Numbered from the stretch's first letter, positions 47,245 through 64,000 are shown. The stretch: 64,000 nucleotides of DNA from a candidate division NC10 bacterium CSP1-5 (GCA_001443495.1 LDXR01000008.1:61176-125175), one strand, 5' to 3'. A program made the numbers and translations. The notes: a model not told the origin generated them from the sequence alone.

Positions 47245-47424
47245 TCAGCTCCTCTCCTGTAAAGGGGTCGAACCGGAGGGCAGGAACCTTGAACAAACCC
47301 GCAGGAGGGGTGCCTCACCCCGATGCCCGGGAATGAGGATATTGTCTGCTCGTAGGCTTCTTGGGCATGGCGACCACGTGCGGGAGCCCCCAAGCTCCCT
47401 GGGGGCCTTCCCCGACGGCGTTTC

Positions 47425-47453
47425 ACTATAGCGGGAAGGGACGGGTGTGTCAA
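47425..47453 (-). promoter_or_regulatory. Sigma70 promoter for the aminotransferase-serA-hisZ-purA operon
   Basis: TTGACA-17 nt-TATAGT on the minus strand. Confidence 0.7.
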
Positions 47454-47543
47454 GACGAAACCCGTGGCCCATTTCTATTGTAGAGTCCAGCATTCTGTGG
47501 TAGTTTCCCACACCTGGAATCCTACTTGCAAGCGGAGGAGCCT

Positions 47544-48083
47544 GTGTCGCACCTCAAGAGCCGGATGCACGTGAGACAGGCGTTGTGTGTGCTGGTCGTG
47601 GCTGGCCTCGTATGGGGGCAGGGTCCGGTCGGGAGCGCGGATGCGCGTTCCCCTCAGGTGGCCGTGGAAAAGCCGGCACCTGATTTCACCCTGACTCTGC
47701 TTTCGGGAGAGAAGGTTCGACTGGCAGATTTTCGAGGGAAGGTCGTCCTCTTGAACTTCTGGGCCTCCTGGTGACCGCACTGCCAGCGGGAGTCTCCCGT
47801 GCTGATCAAGGCCTACGAGACGTTCAAGGACCGGGGGGTGATGTTCCTCGGCGTGAGTATCTGGGATACGGAGGAGGCGTCTCGACGATTTGTCCAGGAG
47901 CGTCGCGTCCCCTATGCCGTCGGACACGATCAGGGCGACCGGATTGCCAGGCTCTATGATATTCAGGGGACGCCGACCACCTTTCTCGTTGCCCGCGATG
48001 GCACCGTGGCGGCTGTGGCCCGGGGGGGCATGGCGCTGGAGACCCTGGCGGCGGTTCTCGAACGACTCCTCGAAGGCCGATGA
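47544..48083 (+). CDS. TlpA/ResA-like thiol-disulfide oxidoreductase; probable selenoprotein (UGA at 47772-47774)
   Basis: ORFs 47526..47774 and 47799..48083 share a frame: APDFTL...[19 protein letters not shown]...[10 protein letters not shown]; signal peptide. Confidence 0.85.
47784..47804 (+). promoter_or_regulatory. Candidate bacterial SECIS hairpin
   Basis: CAGC-GGGA-(GTC)-TCCC-GT-GCTG stem-loop starting 10 nt after the UGA. Confidence 0.55.
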
Positions 48084-49015
48084 CTGCATGGAAAGGCCGC
48101 GTAAAGGGTACCTTGATGGTCCTCGGGGCGGCGACGGCCTGGGGGCTTATGGGGACGGTGGCCCGGTATCTCTTCACCGCGGAGGAAGTCGGTCCTCTCC
48201 CGCTGACCGCTATTCGCTCGAGCCTCGCTGTCCTTATTCTCGTCGCGGGGCTTTTCGTGTGGGATCAGCGGCACTTGCGGCTGCCGCTGCAGGATGTGCC
48301 CTTGGCCGCCCTCGTAGGAGTGGCCGGCCTGGCCATGGCCAACGTCACGTACTACTACACCATCAGCCTCACCAGCGTGGCCACCGCGATTCTCCTCCAA
48401 TACATGGCGCCGATCCTGGTCGCCCTGGGCTCCGTCCTCTTCTTGAGAGAGCGCCTGACAAGGATGACACTCCTCGCCTTGGGCGTGGCCGTGGGCGGCT
48501 GTTTCTTCATGGTGAAAGGGTACGATCCGACGCACCTCCGGCTCAATCTTCCGGGCCTGATCAGCGGGCTCGTCTCGGCGTGCGCCTTTGCGGGGTACAC
48601 CCTGCTCACCAAGCGGGCCGTGGCGCGGATCCCTGCCTGGACGCTCCTGGCATACGCGTACGCCTTCGCCACCCTCTTCTGGTGGATCGTGACACCGCCC
48701 TGGCGTCTCCTGGCCGAGGGGTACCCCCTTCGTCTCTGGGCGATCTTCTTCCTGATCGGTGCCGCCGGGACCGTGCTTCCGTTTGCCCTGTACACTTTCG
48801 GCCTCACGTACCTGCCTGCCACCCAGGTCAGCATCGTCAGCACGATGGAACCGGTGGTGGCTGCGGGCGCCGGGTTTGCGCTTCTCGGGGAGGCGCTCGA
48901 CTGGTCCCAGCTCTTCGGGGGGGCCCTGGTGGTGACGGGGGTGGTGCTGGTCCAGCGAGGGTCCGCGGCGGCCCGGAGTGTTCCCGAGGCGATGCCGGCA
49001 GGGCACCGAGGGTGA
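48080..49015 (+). CDS. EamA/DMT family transporter
   Basis: About 10 TM helices in two EamA repeats; ATAILLQYMAP, STMEPV. Confidence 0.88.
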   Translation: MTAWKGRVKGTLMVLGAATAWGLMGTVARYLFTAEEVGPLPLTAIRSSLAVLILVAGLFVWDQRHLRLPLQDVPLAALVGVAGLAMANVTYYYTISLTSVATAILLQYMAPILVALGSVLFLRERLTRMTLLALGVAVGGCFFMVKGYDPTHLRLNLPGLISGLVSACAFAGYTLLTKRAVARIPAWTLLAYAYAFATLFWWIVTPPWRLLAEGYPLRLWAIFFLIGAAGTVLPFALYTFGLTYLPATQVSIVSTMEPVVAAGAGFALLGEALDWSQLFGGALVVTGVVLVQRGSAAARSVPEAMPAGHRG

Positions 49016-49022
49016 CTGCTCG

Positions 49023-49808
49023 ATGATGTTTGATCCGATCACACTGCTGTATCGGTTCTACGAGCGTCGACTGCTCCGGGAAGTTCAGCGCGGCGTGTTG
49101 CCCAGGCACATCGGTCTCATCCTGGATGGCAACCGACGCTATGCCCGGGAACTCGGCTTGGCCGATCCGCTCGAAGGGCATCGGCTGGGGGCGGATAAGC
49201 TGGAGCAGGTGTTAGATTGGCTGGAACAGCTCCAGATCCACATCATCACCATCTATGTCCTCTCCACCGAAAATCTGTCCCGCCCCCACGCGGAGCTCTC
49301 CGGCCTTCTCGGTCTCATTGAGTCAAAGATGCGGGAGGTGGCGGTGGACCCCAAGATCCACCGGAAAGGGGTCCGGGTCCGGGCGGTCGGGCAGCTGGAG
49401 CTTCTGCCCCCATCTCTTCAAGAGGCGATCGCACAGGCTCAGGAGACCACCCATGTCTACAACAACTTCTACCTGAATATTGCCGTGGGGTACGGGGGAA
49501 GGCAAGAGATCGCCGATGCCGTAAAGCAGCTCCTGAGAGATCGGGCCCGACGGGGAAGCCCCCTCGAGCAGGCTGCAGAAGAGATCACGCCCGAAGAGAT
49601 CGGCAAGTATCTCTATATGTATGATCTTCCCGATCCGGATCTCATCATCCGGACGAGTGGCGAATTCCGCCTCTCCGGCTTCCTCCTCTGGCAGAGCGCC
49701 TATAGTGAGTTCTATTTCTGCGACGCCTACTGGCCCGCCTTTCGCAAGATCGATCTTCTCCGGGCGATCCGCAATTATCAGCAACGCAAGCGCCGCTTCG
49801 GCACCTAG
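49023..49808 (+). CDS. uppS: cis-Isoprenyl diphosphate synthase (UppS family)
   Basis: PRHIGLILDGNRRYA, LSTENL.R, YGGRQEI, PDLIIRTSGEFRLSGFLLWQSAYSE. Confidence 0.88.
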   Translation: MMFDPITLLYRFYERRLLREVQRGVLPRHIGLILDGNRRYARELGLADPLEGHRLGADKLEQVLDWLEQLQIHIITIYVLSTENLSRPHAELSGLLGLIESKMREVAVDPKIHRKGVRVRAVGQLELLPPSLQEAIAQAQETTHVYNNFYLNIAVGYGGRQEIADAVKQLLRDRARRGSPLEQAAEEITPEEIGKYLYMYDLPDPDLIIRTSGEFRLSGFLLWQSAYSEFYFCDAYWPAFRKIDLLRAIRNYQQRKRRFGT

Positions 49809-49920
49809 GTCTCTCCCGTTCCACGTCCAAGGTCGACGGACGGACCTCCTCAGATTCCCAGACTTTGAACGTTGGACCTAGCCCGACTCTATCCAGGCAC
49901 ACGCGCCGGCTGGTAGTGTG

Positions 49921-50520
49921 CTAATTTCGCCTCTTGAGTTTGGCGCTGACGATCTCGTCAAGTAGGGCGAATGGTTCGTCTCGGAATGGCGGCTGAAGTG
50001 GCCAAGTCACCTTTATGGACGTGGCAAGAAGGTACTGCCTCTGTTTTCGGGTGTACTTTGCGGATTTTGTGTGGGGTAGATCCTCATTCTTCACGAAGGC
50101 GAAGCGCCATTCTTGCCCAAACCCGAACAGATTGACGGCGAGTAGGTCGAAGCCCCCGACGAGCAGGCAGGTTGTCTCAACCGTCTGGCGGTTTGGGAGT
50201 TTGACAGGCCGCCTATCGCTTGCATCGCACTGAAACGTTCCTGCGTACCCCTCCCCAAGGATGCGAATCGAGTTGGTCTGCAGCGATTTCACCTGAACCG
50301 TGACCGGTACACCTCGATAGGTGAAGCCGAAGTCGCCGGGCCTCGTGCGATCATGGTTGTCGTACCTTTCCAAACCCCCGATTCGAGGATCGGAAAACCA
50401 CAGTCGGGGGAGCTTGTATTCCGCAATAAATCCGACCAGAATGCCGCGCAGGCTAGGGCGTGAGGCGAGAATCTCATTTAGCTCCTCGATTGTGACTCCC
50501 CAATCTTCGAGTAGCCCCAT
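49921..50520 (-). CDS. Putative type II restriction endonuclease
   Basis: PGD...VQVKS PD-(D/E)xK-like motif; coupled to a DNA methyltransferase; more AT-rich than flanks. Confidence 0.65.
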   Translation of the reverse strand: MGLLEDWGVTIEELNEILASRPSLRGILVGFIAEYKLPRLWFSDPRIGGLERYDNHDRTRPGDFGFTYRGVPVTVQVKSLQTNSIRILGEGYAGTFQCDASDRRPVKLPNRQTVETTCLLVGGFDLLAVNLFGFGQEWRFAFVKNEDLPHTKSAKYTRKQRQYLLATSIKVTWPLQPPFRDEPFALLDEIVSAKLKRRN

Positions 50521-51274
50521 TTCGCAACCCCTTTCCCCGAGGGTTCTTTCCTCCCGTCTTGATGAATACTAGAAAGTAGGAGTGGTTTTTTCTGGCGTGC
50601 TCCTGCTTGATAATCCGGCTCACCGCAGGTCTGTTCGGTCGAACCAGAATGAAAAGATCCTTCGTGTAAAATCCGAACGACTCGTACTCATTGATAATCT
50701 CAACATGAGTGAGCCTCTGCGTGTTCGCGCTCACCTCGTCTTGACACTTTACGATTAGGACGCCGTATTCTCTGAGTACGCGATAGGCTTCCCTGCCCGC
50801 CCTGAAGTAGAGATCCAACACGGCGTCATGATACTTTGGCCCACCCACCGTTTCCTCTCCGTCGGAGTAAGTTGTGCGAAAGGCGGCATAAGTACCACGC
50901 CCCGCCATGTGGCTCCTAGATCGCCGATGCAGGCCCTCCATGTACGGGGGGTCCAAGACCACACAGTGCAATATGCCGTCTCTATAAGGCAGCTTTCGGC
51001 AATCAACGCCCGTAGTGATGTCGGTGGGCTTAAGAACGTATTTGCTTCTTGGAACCTTCTTCCAGAAAATGCCTGTGCCATAGGTCACGTCGGCGACTAC
51101 CGATCCAGGCGGTACGTGCAGATCGAGAATAAGGGGGAACAATACCTCGTTTGTGCCTACATGAGCCGTGCATATCAGCTCACTTGTGACAATTCCGTCT
51201 GGAGACTTCCTCTTGGTCCCGGGCCGGCGCAGATCGGAATAGAGCTTGAGCTGTTCTCTTACTCTCCCACTCAT
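50474..51274 (-). CDS. Amino (N4-C/N6-A) DNA methyltransferase
   Basis: DVTYGTG SAM-binding motif followed by VVLDPPY; [13 protein letters not shown]. Confidence 0.78.
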   Translation of the reverse strand: MSGRVREQLKLYSDLRRPGTKRKSPDGIVTSELICTAHVGTNEVLFPLILDLHVPPGSVVADVTYGTGIFWKKVPRSKYVLKPTDITTGVDCRKLPYRDGILHCVVLDPPYMEGLHRRSRSHMAGRGTYAAFRTTYSDGEETVGGPKYHDAVLDLYFRAGREAYRVLREYGVLIVKCQDEVSANTQRLTHVEIINEYESFGFYTKDLFILVRPNRPAVSRIIKQEHARKNHSYFLVFIKTGGKNPRGKGLRNGATRRLGSHNRGAK

Positions 51275-51541
51275 AGCAACCCCTCCAATCCCCGCACGTG
51301 ATCACTCCCCGCTGGTTCCATGCCCCGGCTCACCCGCAAGGTCGTGTGAACTTGCGAGGAGTTGTAGTATGCGAGGCACAGCGCCATCGCCACCTTGAGG
51401 TTTATCAGCTCCTGCGAAAAGCCATTACTCAGACTGGTGAACCGTCGGCCTGCATCCGCAGGGTTAGGTGATGCCGTTCCATATGCGACCCTTATACAAG
51501 ACCAGCACCCGATTTTCCGCTGCTCGGCGCGGACTCCTGGC

Positions 51542-52528
51542 TTAAGCTTTCCCTTCCCGGGGGAGGGCGGCGCCGATCACGGAGCCGAGGGAATCAAAGC
51601 CGTGGCGGGTGAGATACGCCTCGACCCCGGCCAGAACGTTCATCGACGCCAATGGATCGAGAAAATTGGCGGTCCCGACCTGGACCGCGCTCGCCCCGGC
51701 GAGGAGGAACTCGATCGCATCGTTACCGGTCATGATCCCGCCGATCCCGATGAGCGGGAGCTTCACCGCCCGCGCAACCTCCCAGACCATGCGAACCGCA
51801 ATGGGACGAATGGCCGGGCCGGACAGCCCGCCGGTGGCCCCCGGCAACTTCGGTCGGCGGGTGCGCCCGTCGATCGCCATGCCGACGATGGTGTTGATTA
51901 GCGAGAGCGCATCCGCCCCCGCATCGGCCGCCGCCCGGGCGATCACGGTGATGTCGGCCACGTTGGGAGAGAGTTTGGGGATCACCGGGAGCGAGGTCGC
52001 TTGCCGGACGGCGCGGACCACCTCGTACGTGAGGGTCGGGTCGGTGCCGAAGTCCAGGCCGCCGGCCACGTTAGGACAGGAGATGTTGAGTTCGATGCCG
52101 GCGACCCCCTCGACATCGGTGAGTCGCTTGGCCAGGGTGGCAAACTCTTCGACCGATTTTCCAGCAATGTTCACCAAGAGCGGAGTGGTGAGTGACCGAA
52201 AGAACGGGAGCTTGTGACGAAGGAAGGCGTCGATCCCGACATTCTGGAGGCCGATGGAATTGAGCATCCCTCCTGGGGTCTCGACGATTCGCGGGGGAGG
52301 ATTCCCCTGTCGGGAATGCATCGTCACCGTCTTGACGATGATGGCTCCTAACGCGTTGAGGTCGAAGAAGCGGGTAAACTCTGTCCCGTATCCGAAGGTC
52401 CCCGAGGCGGTCATCACCGGGTTTTTCATGGCAATCCCGGCGATCGTTACCGCCAGGTTCGGCCGCTTGCTCGACGACCGACGACGGCCCTGGTCTTTAC
52501 CTGAACCTTTTCTTTTTTTGGAGGTCAC
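51542..52528 (-). CDS. pyrD: Dihydroorotate dehydrogenase B, catalytic subunit
   Basis: NPVMTASGTFG, NSIGLQN, ELNISCPN, KLSPN, INT, GGLSG, VQVGTA. Confidence 0.95.
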   Translation of the reverse strand: MTSKKRKGSGKDQGRRRSSSKRPNLAVTIAGIAMKNPVMTASGTFGYGTEFTRFFDLNALGAIIVKTVTMHSRQGNPPPRIVETPGGMLNSIGLQNVGIDAFLRHKLPFFRSLTTPLLVNIAGKSVEEFATLAKRLTDVEGVAGIELNISCPNVAGGLDFGTDPTLTYEVVRAVRQATSLPVIPKLSPNVADITVIARAAADAGADALSLINTIVGMAIDGRTRRPKLPGATGGLSGPAIRPIAVRMVWEVARAVKLPLIGIGGIMTGNDAIEFLLAGASAVQVGTANFLDPLASMNVLAGVEAYLTRHGFDSLGSVIGAALPREGKA

Positions 52529-52588
52529 CAGGCAATCTCCTGCGCGTCGAACACTGGGCCATCCTTACAACAGAGCTTATAGCTTCGG

Positions 52589-52665
52589 TCGTTCATGGTT
52601 GATAGTTCGTCGTTCATGGCCGGAGGTTTCCTTGATCCCTGAACCCTGAACCCTGAACCCTGAAC
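52589..52665. repeat. Inverted heptamer array inside pyrK
   Basis: TCGTTCA TGGTTGA TAGTTCG TCGTTCA ... TGATCCC (TGAACCC)x3 TGAAC; encodes [11 protein letters not shown]...MNDELSTMND. Confidence 0.88.
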
Positions 52666-53410
52666 GGGGATGACGCATCCCATGCACGCCCCAAACCCGC
52701 AGCCCATCTCGGCCTCCAGCGAGACCTGACAGGGAATCTCGAATCGCTCGGCGACCCGCGCGACGGCATGGAGCATCGGGTGAGGACCGCAGGCGTAAAT
52801 CGTTGACCGTCGACCGTCGACCGATGACCGGAGGAACGAATCCAAGAGGTCGGTCACGAGGCCCCGATGGCCGAGACTGCCGTCTTCGGTGGCGACGTGG
52901 ACCGTCGCCCCCGCCTTGCGAAGGTCGGCGGCACAGAGGATGTCGTGGCGGGTCTTCCCCCCGATGAACGCCACCATTCGTCGATGTCCGATGTCTCTCT
53001 TCCGTGAAGCGTGAACTGTGAACCGTGAACGCCGTAGACTTTCGGCCAGTGCGACGACCGGAGGGACCCCGATGCCTCCCGCCACTAGGAGGGTGGTGGT
53101 GAGGTTGCGAGGGACCCGATAACCGTTCCCCAAGGGGCCTAAGAAGTCGACGCGATCTCCCCGCTTGAGCTGAGAGAGGGCGGTCGTGCCCTTCCCGATC
53201 ACCTTGTAGAGGATCTCGACCACGGTCTTCCCGCCTCCGGCCCGCCTTCCGGGGCGCTTGACTCGCAGGATGCTGTAGGCCCTCGGCAGGAAGGGGTCGA
53301 GCGATCCCGAGGGCTTCACCATGACGAACTGTCCCGGCTCAAAGACCAGACGGGGTGAGGTGAATCGCTGGAGGTAGTAGTCTCCGTGGAGCCTGTGGAG
53401 CGAATCCACC

Positions 53411-56689
<3,279 letters not shown>

Positions 56690-56718
56690 TGCTACGGCTC
56701 GTGAAGGAGTGTGCCTGC

Positions 56719-57984
56719 CTAAGTGACGATCTCGCCTCGTTGACGGACCCGCGACCGCTCGACCCCGGGAAGCTCCACCGCCTGTGGCGTTCTGCGCCCC
56801 CGCTCCATCAAGGCCACGAAACGGTCAAAGAGGTACCGCGAGTCGTGGGGCCCCGGAGAGGCCTCGGGGTGGTACTGGACCGAGAAGATGGGGAGTCGCG
56901 TGTGCCGCATCCCTTCGACGGTCCCGTCGTTCAGGTTCACGTGCGTCAGTTCCACCTCACCACCCGGGATCGAGTCGATGTCGACGGCAAAGCCGTGGTT
57001 CTGGGTGGTGATCTCGACCTTCCCGGTGTGAATCTCCTTGACCGGATGGTTCGCCCCGTGATGGCCGAATTTGAGCTTGTAGGTCCGACCGCCCAGGGCG
57101 AGGCCCAGAATCTGATGCCCGAGGCAGATCCCGAAGATCGGTATTCTTCCGATGAGCCGCCGTGTGGTCTCAATCAGGTACGTCACTCCCTCCGGGTCGC
57201 CGGGACCGTTGCTGAGAAGGATGCCGTCTGGATTATAGGCCAGGATCTCGTCAGCCGTGGCGAAGGCCGGGACGATGAAGACATCGCAACCAGCGCTCAC
57301 CAGCTGTCGAAGGATGTTGTACTTGATCCCGCAGTCGATGGCCACCACGCGGAACCGCGGGCGAGGACTGAGGGCTGAGGACTGAAGGGAGAAGAGGTCG
57401 AGCTGCTCCCTCTTCGACTCGGGACTCATGGCTCCTGGCTCATCGAGATAGCCGTGGGGCCAGCGCCACTCCCCTTCCCACCATCGGAACGGCTCAGTGC
57501 AGCTTACCTCCTTGACGAGATCGCGCCCGATGAGACCTGGAGAAGATCGGGCCTTCTCGACAAGGTTCCTGGGGGAAAGGTCGATCGTGGAGATCACGCC
57601 CTCCATGGCGCCCTGATCCCGGATGTGCTTGGTCAGGGCGCGCGTGTCGATCCCCTGAATCCCCACAATCCTCCACTCCTTGAGGTAGGCGTCGAGTGTC
57701 TGGGCCTTGCGCCAGTTGCTGGGGTACGGGGATCCTTCCTTGACGATAAAGCCTTCCACAAACGGGCGTCGGGACTCGATGTCCTCGGGGTTGATCCCGT
57801 AATTGCCGATAAGAGGGTAGGTCATGCAGACGATCTGCCCCTTATACGAAGGGTCCGTCAGGACCTCCTGATAGCCGGTCATGGCCGTGTTGAAGACTAC
57901 CTCGCCGACACACTCCCCCTCCGCGCCGAAGGAGGTGCCCTCAAAGACGGTGCCATCCGCTAGGGCGAGGATCGCGGGCTTCAT
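56719..57984 (-). CDS. carA: Carbamoyl-phosphate synthase small subunit
   Basis: [39 protein letters not shown]; ATG overlaps the pyrC stop. Confidence 0.95.
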   Translation of the reverse strand: MKPAILALADGTVFEGTSFGAEGECVGEVVFNTAMTGYQEVLTDPSYKGQIVCMTYPLIGNYGINPEDIESRRPFVEGFIVKEGSPYPSNWRKAQTLDAYLKEWRIVGIQGIDTRALTKHIRDQGAMEGVISTIDLSPRNLVEKARSSPGLIGRDLVKEVSCTEPFRWWEGEWRWPHGYLDEPGAMSPESKREQLDLFSLQSSALSPRPRFRVVAIDCGIKYNILRQLVSAGCDVFIVPAFATADEILAYNPDGILLSNGPGDPEGVTYLIETTRRLIGRIPIFGICLGHQILGLALGGRTYKLKFGHHGANHPVKEIHTGKVEITTQNHGFAVDIDSIPGGEVELTHVNLNDGTVEGMRHTRLPIFSVQYHPEASPGPHDSRYLFDRFVALMERGRRTPQAVELPGVERSRVRQRGEIVT

Positions 57985-59324
57985 GTCGCCTCCCACACCA
58001 CCTGCCCGGCCACGATCGTCATCGCCGCTCTTCCTTTGAGCTTCCAGCCGATGAAGGGCGTGTTCTTGCTCTTCGATTGGAGGGCCTGCTCTTCGGCGAC
58101 CCATTCGTGGTCAGGGTCGACGATGGTAATGTCCGCATCCGCGCCGGGAGCGAGCGTCCCTTTATGCTTGAGCTTGAGGATCCGGGCTGGCGCGGCCGCC
58201 ATGCGCTCCACGATCATGGCGAGCGTGAGGAGACCGGTATGGTAAAACTCGCTCAGGATCAGGCCGAGGGCGGTTTCAAGCCCGACGATGCCGAAGGGGG
58301 CGTAGTCGAATTCCATCTCTTTCTCGGCGCGGGCGTGGGGGGCGTGGTCGGTGGCGATCACCTCGATGGTGCCGTCGATGAGCGCCTCGCGGAGCGCCGC
58401 GACGTCCTCGACCGCGCGGAGCGGAGGATTCATCTTGGTGTTGGTGTGAAAGCCGCGGACGGCCTCGTCGGGGAGGATCAGGTGGTGTGGTGTCGCCTCG
58501 CCGCTGACCCGCATCCCCCGCCCCTTGGCCTCGCGGATGAGACGGATCGACTCTGCCGTGCTCACGTGACAGATGTGGAGGCGCGCCCCGGTGTACTCGC
58601 TGAGCAGGATGTCCCTTCCCACCATGGCCGCCTCGGCGACAGACGGGATCCCCTTGAGCCCCAGTTCGGTGCTGACGCGCCCCTCGTGCATGACCCCCCC
58701 TGCGGAGAGGTGGAGGTCCTCACAGTGGGGGAGGAGAGGGACGTCGAACATGGTGGCGTACTCCATCGCTCGCCGCATCAGATCGGCATTCATCACCGGC
58801 TTGCCGTCATCGGAGAGGCCGACACAGCCTGCCGCCACCAACTCACCCATCTCAGCCAGCTCCTGGCCTTGCTGCCCCTTCGATATGCATCCGATGGGGA
58901 AGACGTGCACGCGTCCCACCTTCTGGGCCTGCTCCAAGATGTACTCGGTGACCGAGGCGGTATCGTTCACCGGCTCGGTATTCGGCATGCAGCAGATCGA
59001 TGTGAACCCGCCCCGGGCGGCGGCCGCCGTCCCGGAGGCGATGGTCTCCTCGTCCTCTCGTCCCGGCTCCCGGAGATGGACATGCATATCGATGAGACCC
59101 GGGACCACAATCTTGCCTGTGGCGTCGATCACCCGATCGACCTTCGGTACTGCGGGATCGTCCTCCACCGGCTTCTTGTTCTTTCTCCCTTGAACCCTGA
59201 ATCCTGAACCCTGAGCTGGTTTGTCCACGTGGAGGATCTGCGCGTCCTCGACGAGCACATCAAGGGTGTCGTCAATCCCGCTCGCCGGATCGATCACCCG
59301 GCCTCCTGTGATCAACAATCGCAT
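57981..59324 (-). CDS. pyrC: Dihydroorotase
   Basis: [40 protein letters not shown]. Confidence 0.95.
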   Translation of the reverse strand: MRLLITGGRVIDPASGIDDTLDVLVEDAQILHVDKPAQGSGFRVQGRKNKKPVEDDPAVPKVDRVIDATGKIVVPGLIDMHVHLREPGREDEETIASGTAAAARGGFTSICCMPNTEPVNDTASVTEYILEQAQKVGRVHVFPIGCISKGQQGQELAEMGELVAAGCVGLSDDGKPVMNADLMRRAMEYATMFDVPLLPHCEDLHLSAGGVMHEGRVSTELGLKGIPSVAEAAMVGRDILLSEYTGARLHICHVSTAESIRLIREAKGRGMRVSGEATPHHLILPDEAVRGFHTNTKMNPPLRAVEDVAALREALIDGTIEVIATDHAPHARAEKEMEFDYAPFGIVGLETALGLILSEFYHTGLLTLAMIVERMAAAPARILKLKHKGTLAPGADADITIVDPDHEWVAEEQALQSKSKNTPFIGWKLKGRAAMTIVAGQVVWEAT

Positions 59325-59346
59325 CTCACGCTCCGTTGCACTCCGC

Positions 59347-59434
59347 GGGTTCAGGGTTCATCGTTCAGGGTTTATGGTCGGTACTTCAGAGATTCTCGGG
59401 CTACCATGAACCATGAACCACGCACCATGAACGA
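59347..59434. repeat. Inverted heptamer array between pyrB and pyrC
   Basis: GGGTTCA GGGTTCA TCGTTCA GGGTTTA ... TGAACCA TGAACCA CGCACCA TGAACGA. Confidence 0.88.
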
Positions 59435-59436
59435 AG

Positions 59437-60369
59437 TTACCGCTCGGCAGGCTGGCCGCCCGTCAACAGGTACAGGAGGGCCATGCGGATCGCCACCCCG
59501 TTGGTCACCTGATCGAGGATGAGGCTGTACGGTCCGTCCGCCACCTCGGGTGCGATCTCCACCCCCCGATTGATCGGCCCCGGGTGCATGATCAGCACGC
59601 CTTCCTTTGCCTTCTTCAACCGCTCGACGGTGAGGCCGAAGAGGCGGCTGTACTCGCGGAGCGATGGGAGCAGGGTGGGACCCTGCCGCTCCCGCTGGAT
59701 CCGAAGCATCATGATGATGTCGGCATCAGCGATGGCCGCCCCTATCTCGCAGGTCGCCCGAACCCCGAGCTGCTCCGGAAAGCGCGGGAGGAGCGTGGAT
59801 GGTCCCGCGACCCTCACCTCTATCCCCATCTTGCGCATGGCGGCAATGTTGGATCGCGCGACCCGGCTGTGGCTGATGTCTCCCACGATCGCCGCCCGGA
59901 GCCCATCCAGCCGTCCCAGCCGCTCGCGGATGGTGAACAGGTCGAGGAGCGCCTGGGTGGGATGCTCGTGGGCCCCGTCCCCGGCATTGATGATCGAGGC
60001 CCGCAGGCAATCGGCCAGGATCTTGGGGGCCCCCGGAGCCGGATGGCGGATCACCACCACATCCGGGTGCATGGCCTGAAGGGTCTTGCCGGTGTCGAGG
60101 AGGGATTCGCCCTTGGTGACGGAGGAGGCGGTCGCAGAGATGTTGATTACATCGGCGCTCAACCACTTGCCGGCGATCTCGAAAGAGGTCCGCGTCCTCG
60201 TGCTCGGCTCGTAGAAGAGGTTGATCACGGTCTTGCCCCGAAGGGCGGGGACCTTCTTAATCTCTCGGGAGGCGATCTCTTTCATCGAGTCGGCCGTGTC
60301 CAGGATGAACTGGATCTCCTCCGCCTCGAGATCGCGGATCGTCAACAGATCCTTTCGCTTCAGCGCCAT
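59437..60369 (-). CDS. pyrB: Aspartate carbamoyltransferase catalytic subunit
   Basis: [48 protein letters not shown]. Confidence 0.97.
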   Translation of the reverse strand: MALKRKDLLTIRDLEAEEIQFILDTADSMKEIASREIKKVPALRGKTVINLFYEPSTRTRTSFEIAGKWLSADVINISATASSVTKGESLLDTGKTLQAMHPDVVVIRHPAPGAPKILADCLRASIINAGDGAHEHPTQALLDLFTIRERLGRLDGLRAAIVGDISHSRVARSNIAAMRKMGIEVRVAGPSTLLPRFPEQLGVRATCEIGAAIADADIIMMLRIQRERQGPTLLPSLREYSRLFGLTVERLKKAKEGVLIMHPGPINRGVEIAPEVADGPYSLILDQVTNGVAIRMALLYLLTGGQPAER

Positions 60370-60391
60370 TGTTCTTCCCGATGCCCCCCCA

Positions 60392-60990
<599 letters not shown>

Positions 60991-61030
60991 CCATATACTT
61001 CCGCTACAATTGGGATCTTCAATTACGGCT

Positions 61031-61063
61031 CCTTTACGGGCCTCACCGGGCCCACTTAAAAGG
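61031..61063 (-). promoter_or_regulatory. PyrR-binding loop
   Basis: Minus strand CCTTTTAAGTGGGCCCGGTGAGGCCCGTAAAGG resembles the CUUUAA...CCNGNGAGG PyrR motif; TTGACA/TATGAT promoter just upstream. Confidence 0.8.
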
Positions 61064-61234
61064 CCACATCATCATATTATTCAGGCCCTTCTCCTGTCAA
61101 GCAGATTTTCGGAGCTGGGGGGCACGGATTCGGCACCCTCAGCACGGGCGTCTCCAAAGATGAGTCAGAATCAGACCTGACCCTCCCGACAGATCTGGCA
61201 GAGTCGCATAAGGACTTAGCCCCAAATTCCTGGG

Positions 61235-61981
61235 CTATCGTTGCTTTCGGACCAAGCGGAAGATAATCCAAGCCATGGCCAGTGTGAGAGCCGTCAGGGT
61301 GACGGCCAACACTCCCGCAGAGGCCTTGCTCCAGCGGAGGATCCTCATCTCCCCATAGGTCAGTAGTGCTCCGATGACGGCTCCTGTGATCGCCGCAATG
61401 GACACCGCCCACCGGGTCCAGGCCGGGGGGCCCTGGTCGGCAACCCGGCTCAGGGCTTTGTACCTGCGTTCAAGGTATGCAAGGGTCCAGAGGCCGATGG
61501 CGCCGATCGAGCCGAGCACCATATTGGCTATGTCGGTCGGGCCATTTATCCCGCGCCGGATCTGGAGGGCTCCGTTCAGGGCCACGAGCAACATCCCTAA
61601 CCCGAGAACGATCATCATGATTGGCTTGAGAAATATGCCTTGCAAGCGTTTCTGGTGCCCGGGGTACGCTCCTCTGTCTCGCCACCACATACGCATCGCC
61701 CGAATGGTCGGCGGGATTCCCAGGTAGCCGCATACATTGAGGATCCCCCAAAGTGGGACCTGGCTCCGCAATGGGAGTACGCTCCAATGGATTCCGCCGG
61801 ACAGCAGCATGAGCGGCAGGTAGAAGATGAGGCCGGGCAGCAGCAGGACTGTCTCGACCCAACTCAGGCTTTTGTCGGTCAGCGGGGGCCTCCCGTGCAG
61901 GAGGATGACAGTCGCTCCGATGACCAGGAGGGCGTATAGCACGCGGCTCCAGCGGGAAAGGCGGATCCGCCGGTCGCTCAT
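61235..61981 (-). CDS. Hypothetical membrane protein
   Basis: 248 aa with several hydrophobic segments. Confidence 0.6.
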   Translation of the reverse strand: MSDRRIRLSRWSRVLYALLVIGATVILLHGRPPLTDKSLSWVETVLLLPGLIFYLPLMLLSGGIHWSVLPLRSQVPLWGILNVCGYLGIPPTIRAMRMWWRDRGAYPGHQKRLQGIFLKPIMMIVLGLGMLLVALNGALQIRRGINGPTDIANMVLGSIGAIGLWTLAYLERRYKALSRVADQGPPAWTRWAVSIAAITGAVIGALLTYGEMRILRWSKASAGVLAVTLTALTLAMAWIIFRLVRKQR

Positions 61982-62114
61982 GGGAGCATCCCCAGCGTCG
62001 CCATACCATCCTGGTTTCGTCTAGCCGAAGGCCGGCTTCTCATCGCTCCCACCCGAAGCTTTTCGTGTCACGGCAATGCTCCCCGGGACTGAAGTGGTGC
62101 AAGAATTATGCTGA

Positions 62115-64000
<1,886 letters not shown>

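Noticed and set aside
47526-48083. Two separate ORFs or a nonsense pseudogene
   Set aside because: The single stop is TGA at the catalytic Cys position, followed by a hairpin, with no other lesions; Sec recoding is more parsimonious

Overview
GC-rich bacterial chromosomal window. Gene content and order (futalosine pathway, serC-serA-hisZ-purA, pyrR-pyrB-pyrC-carA-carB-pyrK-pyrD, ligA) suggest a Methylomirabilota/NC10-like or deltaproteobacteria-like organism; this is inference only. Housekeeping blocks are interleaved with accessory material: a fused MNT-HEPN gene, an AbiE-like pair followed by a Ser/Thr kinase-TPR and a DUF3800-like gene, an IS481-family element with inverted repeats and a 5-bp target duplication, a type II R-M pair, and a ppdK-ppsR segment bounded by a duplicated tRNA-Lys 3' end. 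Most notable observations: (1) a TlpA-like redoxin with an in-frame UGA in a UxxC motif and a SECIS-like hairpin (probable selenoprotein, split in the ORF track); (2) an egtD + SenA-like + betaine/ergothioneine-type ABC cluster with no senB/senC in view; (3) a probable ceramide operon (cerR-spt-bcerS) facing an Aur1/IPC-synthase-like PAP2 gene; (4) heptamer-repeat elements both between genes and inserted in frame in PyrK, PyrC and CarA; (5) an unexplained structured, pseudoknot-capable non-coding element behind a sigma54-like promoter, with a second partial copy next to purA; (6) microproteins below the ORF-track cutoff. All calls come from motif recognition by eye; no searches were run.
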